DNA from: a bacterium
GTDB lineage: Bacteria > RBG-13-66-14
Length of the DNA: 64,000 nt
Direction of reading: 5' to 3'
Assembly: GCA_035528375.1 (NCBI GenBank)
Contig: DATKYS010000118.1
Coordinates: 7,824 to 71,823, forward strand
Position 1 is the first letter of the stretch. The number at the start of each line of letters is the position of its first letter. The notes beneath the pieces were generated by a model, which saw only the letters and a list, made by a program, of their open reading frames with translations, searched no databases and was not told the DNA's origin. Of this stretch, positions 48,810-57,429 are shown in pieces. The position numbers and the translations under genes are program-made.

Positions 48810-49292
48810 TCAAGGCGTAGGTCGCACCTTGAACCCCTTCTTCATCTCCAGAACGTTCAGGCCGTCCCGGTTGTAGAAGTTGACCTCGTCCATCAGGTTG
48901 TGGATCATCCAGAGGCCCAGCCCTCCGTCGGCCCCCCTGTCAATGAGCTCCCACACGTCGGGCGAGGTGCGACCTCCGGTGCGACCTCCGGTGCGACCCA
49001 CGTCGTCGGGAGGCCGGAAGGGGGGTCCCGAATCGTAGATGAAGATGATTGCCGCGGATTCCTGTATCTCCAGCTCCACCTTGATGTCGAGCTTCGGGGA
49101 GTCTTTGTAGGCGTGCTCGATGACGTTGGCGCAGCCCTCGTAAACCGCCAGGGTTATGTCGTCGCGCACGGTTCCCGGTACGCCGTGCAGGGAAGCCACC
49201 CGGTTGACGAACCGCTTGATACCCGCCAGGGCCTCGAGGTCGGATTTCAACCGGATGCTGTACTTGTTGTGCTTCATCCTCGCCGGGTTCAC
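48810..49292 (-). CDS. anti-sigma regulatory factor-type serine protein kinase (RsbW/SpoIIAB-like GHKL ATPase) with in-frame GRTGGRTGGRT repeat insert
   Basis: N-box EGCANVIEHAY, G-boxes DSGPPF and GGLGLWMI. 160 aa. Confidence 0.7.
   Translation of the reverse strand: MNPARMKHNKYSIRLKSDLEALAGIKRFVNRVASLHGVPGTVRDDITLAVYEGCANVIEHAYKDSPKLDIKVELEIQESAAIIFIYDSGPPFRPPDDVGRTGGRTGGRTSPDVWELIDRGADGGLGLWMIHNLMDEVNFYNRDGLNVLEMKKGFKVRPTP
48962..48997. repeat. 12-bp tandem repeat GGTGCGACCTCC x3 within the kinase gene
   Basis: ggtgcgacctccggtgcgacctccggtgcgaccc read directly. Encodes GRTGGRTGGRT on the minus strand. Confidence 0.85.
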
Positions 49293-49504
49293 GGGACCCC
49301 CGAAACCCGCGTTCGGAGGGTAATTACGGCCCTATCAGCAAGCAATGATAGGGCTTGGCGTAAAAAAAGTCAACGCAGCCGATTTTAAAGCTCACGCTCG
49401 ATAACTATTTGATATACAACGAATTAGGCTCTATGAACCCCGGGGCGGGTGGGGCTTTATCCCTCTAAAAGGGCTGATGGAGCGGTTTTTTCGTAAATTT
49501 TTTC

Positions 49505-49534
49505 TTGACAAGCCTTGGAAAGCCTGTTTATAGT
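49505..49534 (+). promoter_or_regulatory. strong candidate sigma70 promoter for hup: TTGACA - 18 nt - TATAGT, followed by ~145-nt structured leader
   Basis: ttgacaagccttggaaagcctgtttatagt. Leader contains hairpins AAGCG-uaaacg-CGCUU, CAGUUUAAACUG palindrome and GGCGC-GAAA-GCGCC. Confidence 0.55.
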
Positions 49535-49681
49535 AGCTTCGTCGGTTGCAGAAAAGCGTAAACGCGCTTTAAACAACGCTTCACATGTAGTGACCCCCGG
49601 TTTCAGTTTAAACTGAGCCGGCAAGCAGAAGTTCCATAAAACGAGACAGGCGCGAAAGCGCCGCTACCCCAAGGGGGAAAA

Positions 49682-49954
49682 ATGACCAAGCAAGACCTCA
49701 TCGATCGCATCGCCAGCCAGACCGGACTCACCAAGCGCCAGGCTGGCCAGGCCCTCAATGCCGTTGTTGACGGCATCAAGGGCGCCATGAAGAAGGGCGA
49801 GCGCGTGACCCTCGTCGGCTTCGGCACCTTCTTCGTCGCCCAGCGGAAGTCCCGCACCGGCCGCAACCCGCGGACACAGCAGAAAATCAACATCCCGGCC
49901 CGCAAGGTTCCGAACTTCCGTGCCGGCAAAGAGCTCAAGCACCTGGTTCGGTAA
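49682..49954 (+). CDS. hup: DNA-binding protein HU
   Basis: MTKQDLIDRIASQTGLTKRQAGQALNAVVDGIKGAMKKGERVTLVGFGTF..R.GRNPRT 90-aa canonical HU. Confidence 0.9.
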   Translation: MTKQDLIDRIASQTGLTKRQAGQALNAVVDGIKGAMKKGERVTLVGFGTFFVAQRKSRTGRNPRTQQKINIPARKVPNFRAGKELKHLVR

Positions 49955-50150
49955 CGGGATAACCCGTTCGCAAAAAGGGCCCCCCAAAGGGGCCCTTTTT
50001 AAAGCGGAGATACACGGCTTCACCGACCGCATTCCACTTCTTCGTGAGAAGGATCCCCCGAAGGGGCCCCATTTTAACGGGTGTCGAGGATAAAGAAAAG
50101 CCCGCGAAGGTAGACCGAGACGGGTCCTCGAAGGGGCCCTTTTTAACGCT
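49953..50150. repeat. array of hairpin repeats downstream of hup: AACGGG-AUAA-CCCGUU, then three spaced copies of (A/G)AAGGGGCCC(C)(A)UUUUAA(A/C) GC-hairpin/terminator units (~49972-50005, ~50048-50080, ~50119-50149)
   Basis: Read directly. First unit is a canonical bidirectional terminator (AAAAAGGGCCCC CCAAA GGGGCCCUUUUU). The minus-strand 81-aa ORF 49935..50180 with repeated KKGPF is an artefact of these repeats. Confidence 0.7.
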
Positions 50151-50334
50151 CAAGAAGCCCGCGAAAAATCCACGCCGCACCTCGTAGGCCGGAGATTACC
50201 ATCCCCGCCGAATAAGACCGATCCACCAGTCGGCGCACAGGAACGTTATAGAACGGGCGGGTCAGGAGACCCGCCTCTACGTTAAAAAAACCACCCCAGG
50301 CCGGCCCCCGAAGTCCCCGTAGGTCGTACCTGCC

Positions 50335-51441
50335 CTACACCGGGTTCTCCGCCACCCGAGCTCGCGATACAGCGGCGGGTCGTTCGGCTGGTCGTTTACG
50401 CCAGAGCATGTCCACGAAGGCCTCGAGCCTCGTCTGCAATCCCGCCCGCCCCGTGGACTCGTCAATGTCCAGCGACAGCACCGCCATGCCGGTCTGGGCG
50501 CCGATGCGCGGCAGTATGCTCTTGGCAACAATCTCCGGGATGCAGGTGAACGGCGACAACTGTATGACGCCGTCGAAGCCTTCCCGCGCGTAAATGACGC
50601 TCTCTCCGACGCTCTCCCGCCCATCCCCCCCGACCCAGAACTCCAGGAACAGCCTCGACGCCCGGGCAATCCGGTGTTTGGTCCATCGCCGGTAGATTCC
50701 GCCCAGCAGCCACTTGGTGACGTAAAGGCTCCGGTGGACCTCGACGCCAAGGTAGCCCAGGGTCCGTTCTACGTCGCAGTTGGCGAAGGCGTCCAGGACG
50801 ACGAAAATTTCCCCGACGATGCCGACGCGGAGCGGCTCGAAGTCGCGCCTGGTGGGCACGTGGTGGGAGAAGAAACGCCCTATACACTCCACCAGGTCGT
50901 CGTAGCGGTGGATGGTGGGTATCTTCGCTACGCGCGCGAGCGCCAGGGCCATGGCCTGGTCCGTCGAGCCGGGGTGGAGCTCGCGCGGACGGTAGAAATG
51001 GGACAGGCGCTCGATCTCCTCCACCACCTTGAGCAAGCGCCACGCATACACGGTCTGGGTAATCCGCTCCGCCCAGGTCATGCCCGGGCTCATCCGCTTG
51101 ATGTTGGCGATGACGGGCGGCTCGAGGAGGTAGAGCTCCAGGGGGTGGCCGTGCTCGGCCAGTATCTGGCGGTGCAGCACGCCGTAGAGCCCGGCGCGGC
51201 AAGGGCCTCTGCCCCCCGAGGTGAAGATGGCCTGAATCTCGGGGTGCTGCGCCAGCGCCTGGAAGTACTGACCCGTGATTATCTTGAAGGGGAAGCAGAC
51301 GAACTCGGGGCTGTAGCGCGTGCCCAGGGAGAGGGTGTGCTTGGTCGTGGGGGGCGGGATGAAGACCCGGTGCCCGAATCCCTCCAGAAAGCGCCGGTAG
51401 CCGAGGTGGCAGAGCCCCATGCGGGGGGTGGTGATGTTCAT
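50335..51441 (-). CDS. CoA-enzyme-activase-associated domain protein (DUF2229-like), no adjacent activase ATPase
   Basis: GYRRFLEGFGHRVFIPPPTTKHTLSLGTRYSPEFVCFPFKIITGQYFQAL resembles the conserved N-terminal block of DUF2229 proteins usually found with BadF/BcrA-type activases. Confidence 0.45.
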   Translation of the reverse strand: MNITTPRMGLCHLGYRRFLEGFGHRVFIPPPTTKHTLSLGTRYSPEFVCFPFKIITGQYFQALAQHPEIQAIFTSGGRGPCRAGLYGVLHRQILAEHGHPLELYLLEPPVIANIKRMSPGMTWAERITQTVYAWRLLKVVEEIERLSHFYRPRELHPGSTDQAMALALARVAKIPTIHRYDDLVECIGRFFSHHVPTRRDFEPLRVGIVGEIFVVLDAFANCDVERTLGYLGVEVHRSLYVTKWLLGGIYRRWTKHRIARASRLFLEFWVGGDGRESVGESVIYAREGFDGVIQLSPFTCIPEIVAKSILPRIGAQTGMAVLSLDIDESTGRAGLQTRLEAFVDMLWRKRPAERPAAVSRARVAENPV

Positions 51442-51548
51442 GCTCCCGCCAAACTGCGGCGAACTGCGCCGTCGGCTGCTATAATAGCCCCGGAAGCACC
51501 CCGATGTCTACCGGTTCCCGGGACTGCCCGCCCGGGGGTGCGGACAGG

Positions 51549-52034
51549 ATGAGCGACTTGCAGCGTTCAATCGCAGTCTTCGCCCTACTCGCCCTTGCCG
51601 CATCCGCCTCCGGCGCGGGCACCGCCGTGTTCCCCCTCGACCCCGGCGAGTGGCTCTCCGGCGGTTTGGCGGCGTGGCTCGGCCGGGCGCTGGACGCCGC
51701 GGGGTACGGGGCGGAGATGGCGGACCCGACGATAGCGCCGGGCGACCTGGCGGGGATGAACCGGGCGGCCGCCGCGGGCGGCTTTGAGCGTCTCCTCGTC
51801 GTCAACTGCGGCTACCTCGGGGACCGGGTCACCGTCGAGCTCCTCCTCTTCGACACCGCCGGGGAAACGCTGGTCGGCTCCTGGCGGGGATTGATCAGTT
51901 ACGACGCCCTCCAAAGAGAGCTACCCTCCGGCCTGAGGGCGATTTTCGGGGATATCCGCCTCCCCGAGGCCGAGGATCCCGCCACTTTCCTGGACGACCG
52001 CCGGGCGGACTTCACCGCCTCCCTCGGAGGGTGA
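51549..52034 (+). CDS. secreted hypothetical protein
   Basis: Signal peptide MSDLQRSIAVFALLALAASASGAG. No recognisable motifs. Stop overlaps rnhA start. Confidence 0.45.
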   Translation: MSDLQRSIAVFALLALAASASGAGTAVFPLDPGEWLSGGLAAWLGRALDAAGYGAEMADPTIAPGDLAGMNRAAAAGGFERLLVVNCGYLGDRVTVELLLFDTAGETLVGSWRGLISYDALQRELPSGLRAIFGDIRLPEAEDPATFLDDRRADFTASLGG

Positions 52035-52456
52035 TGGAAGAGGTGCAGGCCAGGCTCTTCACCGACGGGGGGGCCCGGGGAAACCCCGGCCCCGCGGCCT
52101 ACGGGCTCGTGCTCTACGATGCGGACGGAAACGAGCTTCTCCGTCGCGCGAAAGAGATAGGCCGCGCCACGAACAACGTCGCCGAGTACTCCGCCGTCAT
52201 CGCCGGCCTGGAGCTCGCCCGCCGACTCGGGCTCACCGGGCTGGACGTTTACCTGGACGCCCAGCTCGTCGTCCGCCAGCTCACCGGCGAGTACAGGACG
52301 AAAGACCCCCGCCTCGCCGAGCTGAAGGCCCGGGCGCTCGCCCTCGCTCGGGAACTGACCCGAGTCCGCTTTCACTTCATCCCCCGGGAGAAGAACCGCC
52401 TCGCCGATTCCCTCGTCAACGCGGCCCTCGACGGCCGGGACCCCGACACCCTATGA
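52031..52456 (+). CDS. rnhA: ribonuclease HI-type RNase H
   Basis: LFTDGGARGNPGPAAYGLVL...NNVAEYSAVIAGLELA...D.QLVV RNase H fold catalytic motif pattern (D-E-D-D). Confidence 0.75.
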   Translation: MMEEVQARLFTDGGARGNPGPAAYGLVLYDADGNELLRRAKEIGRATNNVAEYSAVIAGLELARRLGLTGLDVYLDAQLVVRQLTGEYRTKDPRLAELKARALALARELTRVRFHFIPREKNRLADSLVNAALDGRDPDTL

Positions 52457-53436
52457 GAAAAATCCTCCGAGCCGCGCCCCTCCTCCTCCCGCTGATAGTG
52501 TCCTGCGCCGCCGAGGAGCGGGACGGCTTCTTCGCCATGGACACCGTGGTGGAGCTCTGCGCCGTGGGCGGGGAGAGCGCCCTGGACGCGGCCCGACGAG
52601 CGGTGGAGGACGTGGAGGGCTGGGCCGACTGCTACGACCCCGAGGCGGAGTTGTACCGGCTCAACCTGTCGGCGGGCGGGGGACCGGTGCGGGTCTCTAA
52701 GGGTCTGGCGGAGGTCCTGGAGGTGTCACTCCGGGTCGCCGAGAAATCCGGCGGCGCCTTCGACCCCACCGTCCTGCCCCTCGTAGAAGCCTACGGGTTC
52801 AACGGGGAGAAACGGAGGGTGCCCGGCGACGAGGAAATTTCGAGGATACTCCCCCGCGTGGATTACCGGCGGGTCGGGCTCGCCGGGGACGGCGTGGATA
52901 TTCCGGAAGGAGTCGCCCTGGACCTGGGCGGCGTAGCCAAGGGGTACGCCGCAGACCGGGCCCTTGAGGCGATGAAAGAAGCCGGCGCCGAGGCGGGACT
53001 GGTCAACATCGGCGGGGACATCGCCGTGTTCGGGGAAAGGGCCGGCGGCGGTTCGTGGACCATCGGGGTCCAGCACCCCCGTGCGCCGGGGGAGCTCTTC
53101 GCCGTCCTGGAGCTACAGAGCGGGGCGGTGGCCACCTCGGGGGATTACGAGCGCTACTTCATCGAGGACGGCGTGCGCTACCACCACATCCTCGATCCGA
53201 GGACGGGCCGGCCCGCGCGTGGGCTCGTCTCGGTGACCGTCACCGCGCCCGTGTGCGTCCTGGCCGACGCCTACGCCACCGCCGTGTTCGTCCTGGGGCC
53301 GGAGGAAGGGCTGAGGCTCCTGGAGGCCGACGACGACCTGGAGGGGCTGCTCATTTTCGCCAAGACCGACGGGGGGCTCGATTTCACCGTCACGGACGGT
53401 CTCGAGGGAAGGCTGGAGCTCCTGAGCGGTAAATAA
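52453..53436 (+). CDS. apbE: FAD:protein FMN transferase (ApbE family) lipoprotein
   Basis: FFAMDTVVEL, DLGGVAKGYAADRA, GGGSWTIGVQHP motifs. Lipobox LIVSC. Confidence 0.8.
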   Translation: MRKILRAAPLLLPLIVSCAAEERDGFFAMDTVVELCAVGGESALDAARRAVEDVEGWADCYDPEAELYRLNLSAGGGPVRVSKGLAEVLEVSLRVAEKSGGAFDPTVLPLVEAYGFNGEKRRVPGDEEISRILPRVDYRRVGLAGDGVDIPEGVALDLGGVAKGYAADRALEAMKEAGAEAGLVNIGGDIAVFGERAGGGSWTIGVQHPRAPGELFAVLELQSGAVATSGDYERYFIEDGVRYHHILDPRTGRPARGLVSVTVTAPVCVLADAYATAVFVLGPEEGLRLLEADDDLEGLLIFAKTDGGLDFTVTDGLEGRLELLSGK

Positions 53437-53443
53437 AAAAGGG

Positions 53444-53466
53444 CTCCGAGAGCCCCGTCGTATAGT
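53444..53466. terminator. bidirectional terminator hairpin (AAAAAGGGCUC-CGA-GAGCCC)
   Basis: Between convergent apbE (+) and MscS-family gene (-). Confidence 0.5.
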
Positions 53467-53473
53467 CCGCGCG

Positions 53474-55327
53474 CTAGAACCCGAAGAACTCCCGCATCTG
53501 ACCGAGAATCGCCCGGCGGATGCGGTCCGTTTTTTCCTTATCCGCCATCGTTTTCTGCTCGTCCTGGGTGAGGTATTTCGACAGCAGGGCCAGGTTCTGG
53601 GTCACCCTCTCGCTGGCGGCCGCGGCCAATTGCGCGCTCACCTCGGGGTGTCCCTGCAGGATTTCCCTGAAGTCCTCCTTGCCCAGGGCGTAAACCTCGC
53701 TCTCCTCGGTGGCGACGACGGTGGCGGTCCTCGCCTCGCCCGTCAGCAGGCTCATCTCGCCGAAGAAGTTGCCCGGCCCCAGCTCGGCCACCTTGACCCC
53801 GAAGCGGTGCTTCGCCTTCGCTTTCTTTACGAAGACCTCGAACCGGCCGCTCCCGATGAGGTAGAAGGTGTCGCCCTGTTCCCCCTGCTCGATGACGACC
53901 TCCCTCCGGGCGAACATCAGGGTCTTGAAGGCTCGGGCCAGCGTATCGAACACTGCAGGCGAAAGAGGCGAGAAGAGCTCCACCTTGCGGAGCATCTCGA
54001 TCCGGCGGTTGAGCGCCCGTCGAGCGCCCTCCTCCAGAACCCGCTCATCTACCTGGCGGAGGTAAACGTCGCGGATGGGGAAGGGAATCGTAATGCCCGC
54101 GCGCTTGAAAGCGTACCAGAGCCGGTTCATCACCTCGGCCCGCACGTTGCGCAACCTCGAGTAATCGAAGATGAAGAAACGGACCCGGTACTCGATGGAA
54201 AAGTCCTTGTAATCCATGAGATAGAGGCATTGCTGAGCCGGTTCGATCCCCTCCACGTCATCCAGCACTTCGTGGACGATGCGGCGGACCTTCTCGGGCG
54301 GGTCCTGGTAGCTGGTGCCGATGAGCAGATCGGCCACGTGCTTCGTCGTGGGGTGGGAGTAGTTGCACAGGTCCGTGGAGGCGACGACGCTGTTCGGCAG
54401 GATGACGTCGTCCCCGTCGAAGGTGCGGATGCGCACCTCGCGCCAGTTCATCTGCACCACCTGGCCCTCGAACTCCTTGAATGCCACCCAGTCGCCGATT
54501 TCGAAGGGCTTGCTGGCCTGGATGCTCATCCCGGCGAAGACGTTCCCCAGTGTGTCCTGGAGCGCCAGGCCCAAAACCAGGGAGAGCACCGCCGACGAGG
54601 CCAGGAGCGCCGAGAGGTCCAGGCTCGTCGCGGTCCCGACGACGGCCACGACCGCGACTATGTACGCGATTCCGCGGACGACCTGCTGGAACAGGGCGGG
54701 CATCGTCTTGCCCTGCTTTTTCTTCCGGCTACGCTCCAGGATGAAGTAGCTGAAGATGTTTATAACGAGGAAGGCCGCCGAGAGGCTGGCGATGGACGTG
54801 ACCACGCTGTAGAACCAGCCTTTGGTCGCGTCCACCCAGACCAGGGCGCCCAGGACGCCTATGGACAGCATGAGGATGCGGAGGAAGAAGTTGTACCGAC
54901 GGGCCAGACGCCAATCGGGCTTCCCCCTCTTGCGCATGATGCCCTTCACGCCGAGCATCACCAGGCCGTAGAGGATGAAGAGGCCGACGAGTAACACGGC
55001 GCCGACCAGGAAGGCCTCCCAATAACCCGGCAGGGCGGAGAGCCAGGCGAAGAGCTGGCTGATGGGCCCCAGCGCCTTGCCCACCTCCTCGGTGGCCTTC
55101 TCTATCTTCTCCTCGGTGTCGGGCTCGACCTCGGCGGCGTGGGTCTCGGCGCAGGTCCGGGCCTTCTCCTCGATCAGGGCGGGTAGCTCGGTCCCCTTGG
55201 GGTGGGGCAGCTTGAACCCGGCCTCCCGGAGCACCTCCTCCGCCTGTAATGGCGGCGCTTCCACCGGAGTCTGCGCCGCGGCGGGGAGGAGGAACACGAG
55301 CACTGCGATGAAGAGCATCCGTTTCAA
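53474..55327 (-). CDS. mechanosensitive channel (MscS family) fused to C-terminal cyclic-nucleotide-binding domain
   Basis: MscS beta-domain IGDWVAFKEFEGQVVQMNWREVRIRTFDGDDVILPNSVV. cNMP-binding FGEMSLLTGEARTATVVATEESEVYAL at the C-terminus. N-terminal signal plus 4-5 TM helices. Confidence 0.75.
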   Translation of the reverse strand: MKRMLFIAVLVFLLPAAAQTPVEAPPLQAEEVLREAGFKLPHPKGTELPALIEEKARTCAETHAAEVEPDTEEKIEKATEEVGKALGPISQLFAWLSALPGYWEAFLVGAVLLVGLFILYGLVMLGVKGIMRKRGKPDWRLARRYNFFLRILMLSIGVLGALVWVDATKGWFYSVVTSIASLSAAFLVINIFSYFILERSRKKKQGKTMPALFQQVVRGIAYIVAVVAVVGTATSLDLSALLASSAVLSLVLGLALQDTLGNVFAGMSIQASKPFEIGDWVAFKEFEGQVVQMNWREVRIRTFDGDDVILPNSVVASTDLCNYSHPTTKHVADLLIGTSYQDPPEKVRRIVHEVLDDVEGIEPAQQCLYLMDYKDFSIEYRVRFFIFDYSRLRNVRAEVMNRLWYAFKRAGITIPFPIRDVYLRQVDERVLEEGARRALNRRIEMLRKVELFSPLSPAVFDTLARAFKTLMFARREVVIEQGEQGDTFYLIGSGRFEVFVKKAKAKHRFGVKVAELGPGNFFGEMSLLTGEARTATVVATEESEVYALGKEDFREILQGHPEVSAQLAAAASERVTQNLALLSKYLTQDEQKTMADKEKTDRIRRAILGQMREFFGF

Positions 55328-55429
55328 ATCAACATCCCATTCATCCCGGGCGATTTTAACACATGTGCGTCAGGTAACCTCCGGGCATAGATGACCACAG
55401 GTCCCGAACCACCCCGGCGGACCCGGGAC

Positions 55430-56656
55430 TTAACCGCCCTCCGGGCGGTACTTCGCGACCCAGGCGGTGAGGCGGTCAACGAAGCTGTGCAGGTTGACCA
55501 GGCTGTTGGCGAAGCTGAAACGGATGTAGCCCTCGCCGGCGGCGCCGAAGGCGGTACCGTGGAGCGCGGCGATGTGGGCCTCGTTGAGAAGGCGGTCGTT
55601 AATTTCCTTGGACGGCATCCCCAGGCTCGAGAGGTCGGCGAAGGCGTAGAAGGCGCCCTTGGGCTCGCTTACCTTGAGGCAGTCGAGCCGGCGCAGGGCG
55701 GGGATGAGGTATGCTCGGCGCGCGGTGAATTCCCGGCGCATCCGCTCCACGGCGTTCCAGCTCTCGGGGTTCTTTATCGCCTCCAGCGCCCCGTACTGGT
55801 TGAAGGTGCAGGTGCAGGAGTTGGAGTTGGTGGTCAGGGTCGCCAGCTTCTTGGCCAGGGATTCGGGGACGACGCCGTACCCCAGGCGCCAGCCGGTCAT
55901 GGCGAAGGTCTTGCTCCAGCCGTCCACCATTATCAGGCGGGGCTTGAGGGCGGGAGAGGCGAGCGCCGAGACGTGGGGCTCGTCGTAGACGATGGAGGAG
56001 TACACCTCGTCGGAGAGGACCCAGAACCCGTACTTCTCGGACAATTCGGCGATCCGGGAGTAATCCTCCGCGGCGAACATCCCGCCGGTGGGGTTGTGGG
56101 GGCTGTTGGTGACGAGTATCCGGATTTTGTCGGAGGCCGCTTTGTCGGCGAGCCAGTCCAGGTCGGGCCGGAACCCCGTCTCCGGGAGGAGGGGGTAGGT
56201 CTCTATCCGCGCTCCGACTATCATTGCCGCAGCCTCGTAGGCCGGGAAGTTGATGTCGGGGATGAGCACAAGCTCCCCGGGGTTGACCAGCGCCTGGATA
56301 CTGAAGAAGATGAGCGGCTTGGCCCCGGGGGCGATGACGACCTCGGCGGGGCGCACGGGGGTGTGGTACGCGCCGGTGACGTGCTCGGCCACCGCCTCGC
56401 GCAGGGCCGGCAGGCCGGCGCTGGGGGCGTAGTGGGTCTGTCCGGCGTCCAGGGCGCTCTTGGCGGCGGAGATGATGTTCGGCGGCGTGGGGAAATCGGG
56501 CTCCCCCACCTCCAGGTGCACCACGTCAATCCCCCGGGACTCCAGGGCCATGGCCTTCTGCTTTATCTCGAAGCCGGTCTCACGACCGAAGCCGGTCAGG
56601 CGGTCGGCGAAACGGATGTCATCTGCGGCCACGTTCTCTCCTTTATTTGATTTCAA
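55430..56656 (-). CDS. pyridoxal-phosphate-dependent aminotransferase class I/II (aspartate aminotransferase-like)
   Basis: NSPHNPTGG, SDEVYSSIVYD, catalytic lysine context SKTFAMTGWRLGY. Confidence 0.8.
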   Translation of the reverse strand: MKSNKGENVAADDIRFADRLTGFGRETGFEIKQKAMALESRGIDVVHLEVGEPDFPTPPNIISAAKSALDAGQTHYAPSAGLPALREAVAEHVTGAYHTPVRPAEVVIAPGAKPLIFFSIQALVNPGELVLIPDINFPAYEAAAMIVGARIETYPLLPETGFRPDLDWLADKAASDKIRILVTNSPHNPTGGMFAAEDYSRIAELSEKYGFWVLSDEVYSSIVYDEPHVSALASPALKPRLIMVDGWSKTFAMTGWRLGYGVVPESLAKKLATLTTNSNSCTCTFNQYGALEAIKNPESWNAVERMRREFTARRAYLIPALRRLDCLKVSEPKGAFYAFADLSSLGMPSKEINDRLLNEAHIAALHGTAFGAAGEGYIRFSFANSLVNLHSFVDRLTAWVAKYRPEGG

Positions 56657-57429
56657 AGTCCCCGGCGCTGGCGGAGCGCCTCGAAGGCGGCCACCCCGAA
56701 GGCCACGCTGGCGTTGAGCGACTCCACCTCGCCGAAGAGCGGGATGCAGACGAGGAAATCGCAGGCCAGCTCCACGGCGTGCCCGACCCCCCGGCTCTCG
56801 GCGCCCACGACGAGCGCCAGCGGACCCGTCAGGTCGGTGGAGTAGATGGTCTCACCGGCGTCCCCGGAAAGCCCCACGCACCAGACGCCCAGTTCTTTCA
56901 AACGCCGGAGCGCCTGGGCGACGTTCGAGACAACGGCCAGCGGCAGGTGGGCCGTCGCCCCGGCCGAGGCCCGCACCACGGTCCCGGTGACCGGCGAGGC
57001 GCGGCGGACGGGTATGACCGCGCCGTGGCACCCGGCGCACTCGGCGGTCCGCAGCACCGCGCCCAGGTTGTGCGGGTCCTCCAGGTGGTCGGTCACCGCG
57101 AGGAAGGGCTTCTCACCGCGCTCTTCGGCAATCCAGACCAGGTCCTCCACCGTGAACGCCCGCCGGTCAACCTCGGCCGCCACGCCCTGGTGCCTCTGCG
57201 AGCGGCAGATCTGAACCAGTTCCCTCTCCGGGATGACCGAAACCGTGATGCCGCACTTCCGGGCGCCGTCGGCCAGGACGGAGACCTTCCGACCGCACTC
57301 GCGCGCTACGTACAGCCGCTTCACGCCGACGCCGGCGCGCAGCGCCTCCTGGACGGGCCTGTAACCGTAGATAAGCTCCAAAGTGGATAGCTCAACGCCA
57401 GCAGGCGTAGGTGATTTCGGCGTCCTCAC
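56653..57429 (-). CDS. rlmB: SpoU/TrmH-family RNA 2'-O-methyltransferase (23S rRNA Gm2251 methyltransferase RlmB-like)
   Basis: LVLEDPHNLGAVLRTAECAG, VRASAGA, SPOUT knot motifs. Start may be the internal GTG at 57396 to avoid a 38-nt overlap with the upstream gene. Confidence 0.75.
   Translation of the reverse strand: MRTPKSPTPAGVELSTLELIYGYRPVQEALRAGVGVKRLYVARECGRKVSVLADGARKCGITVSVIPERELVQICRSQRHQGVAAEVDRRAFTVEDLVWIAEERGEKPFLAVTDHLEDPHNLGAVLRTAECAGCHGAVIPVRRASPVTGTVVRASAGATAHLPLAVVSNVAQALRRLKELGVWCVGLSGDAGETIYSTDLTGPLALVVGAESRGVGHAVELACDFLVCIPLFGEVESLNASVAFGVAAFEALRQRRGL

Noticed and set aside
49935-50180. 81-aa minus-strand ORF with repeated KKGPF motif
   Set aside because: Its periodicity is produced by the three GGGGCCC hairpin repeats downstream of hup. 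It is not a gene.
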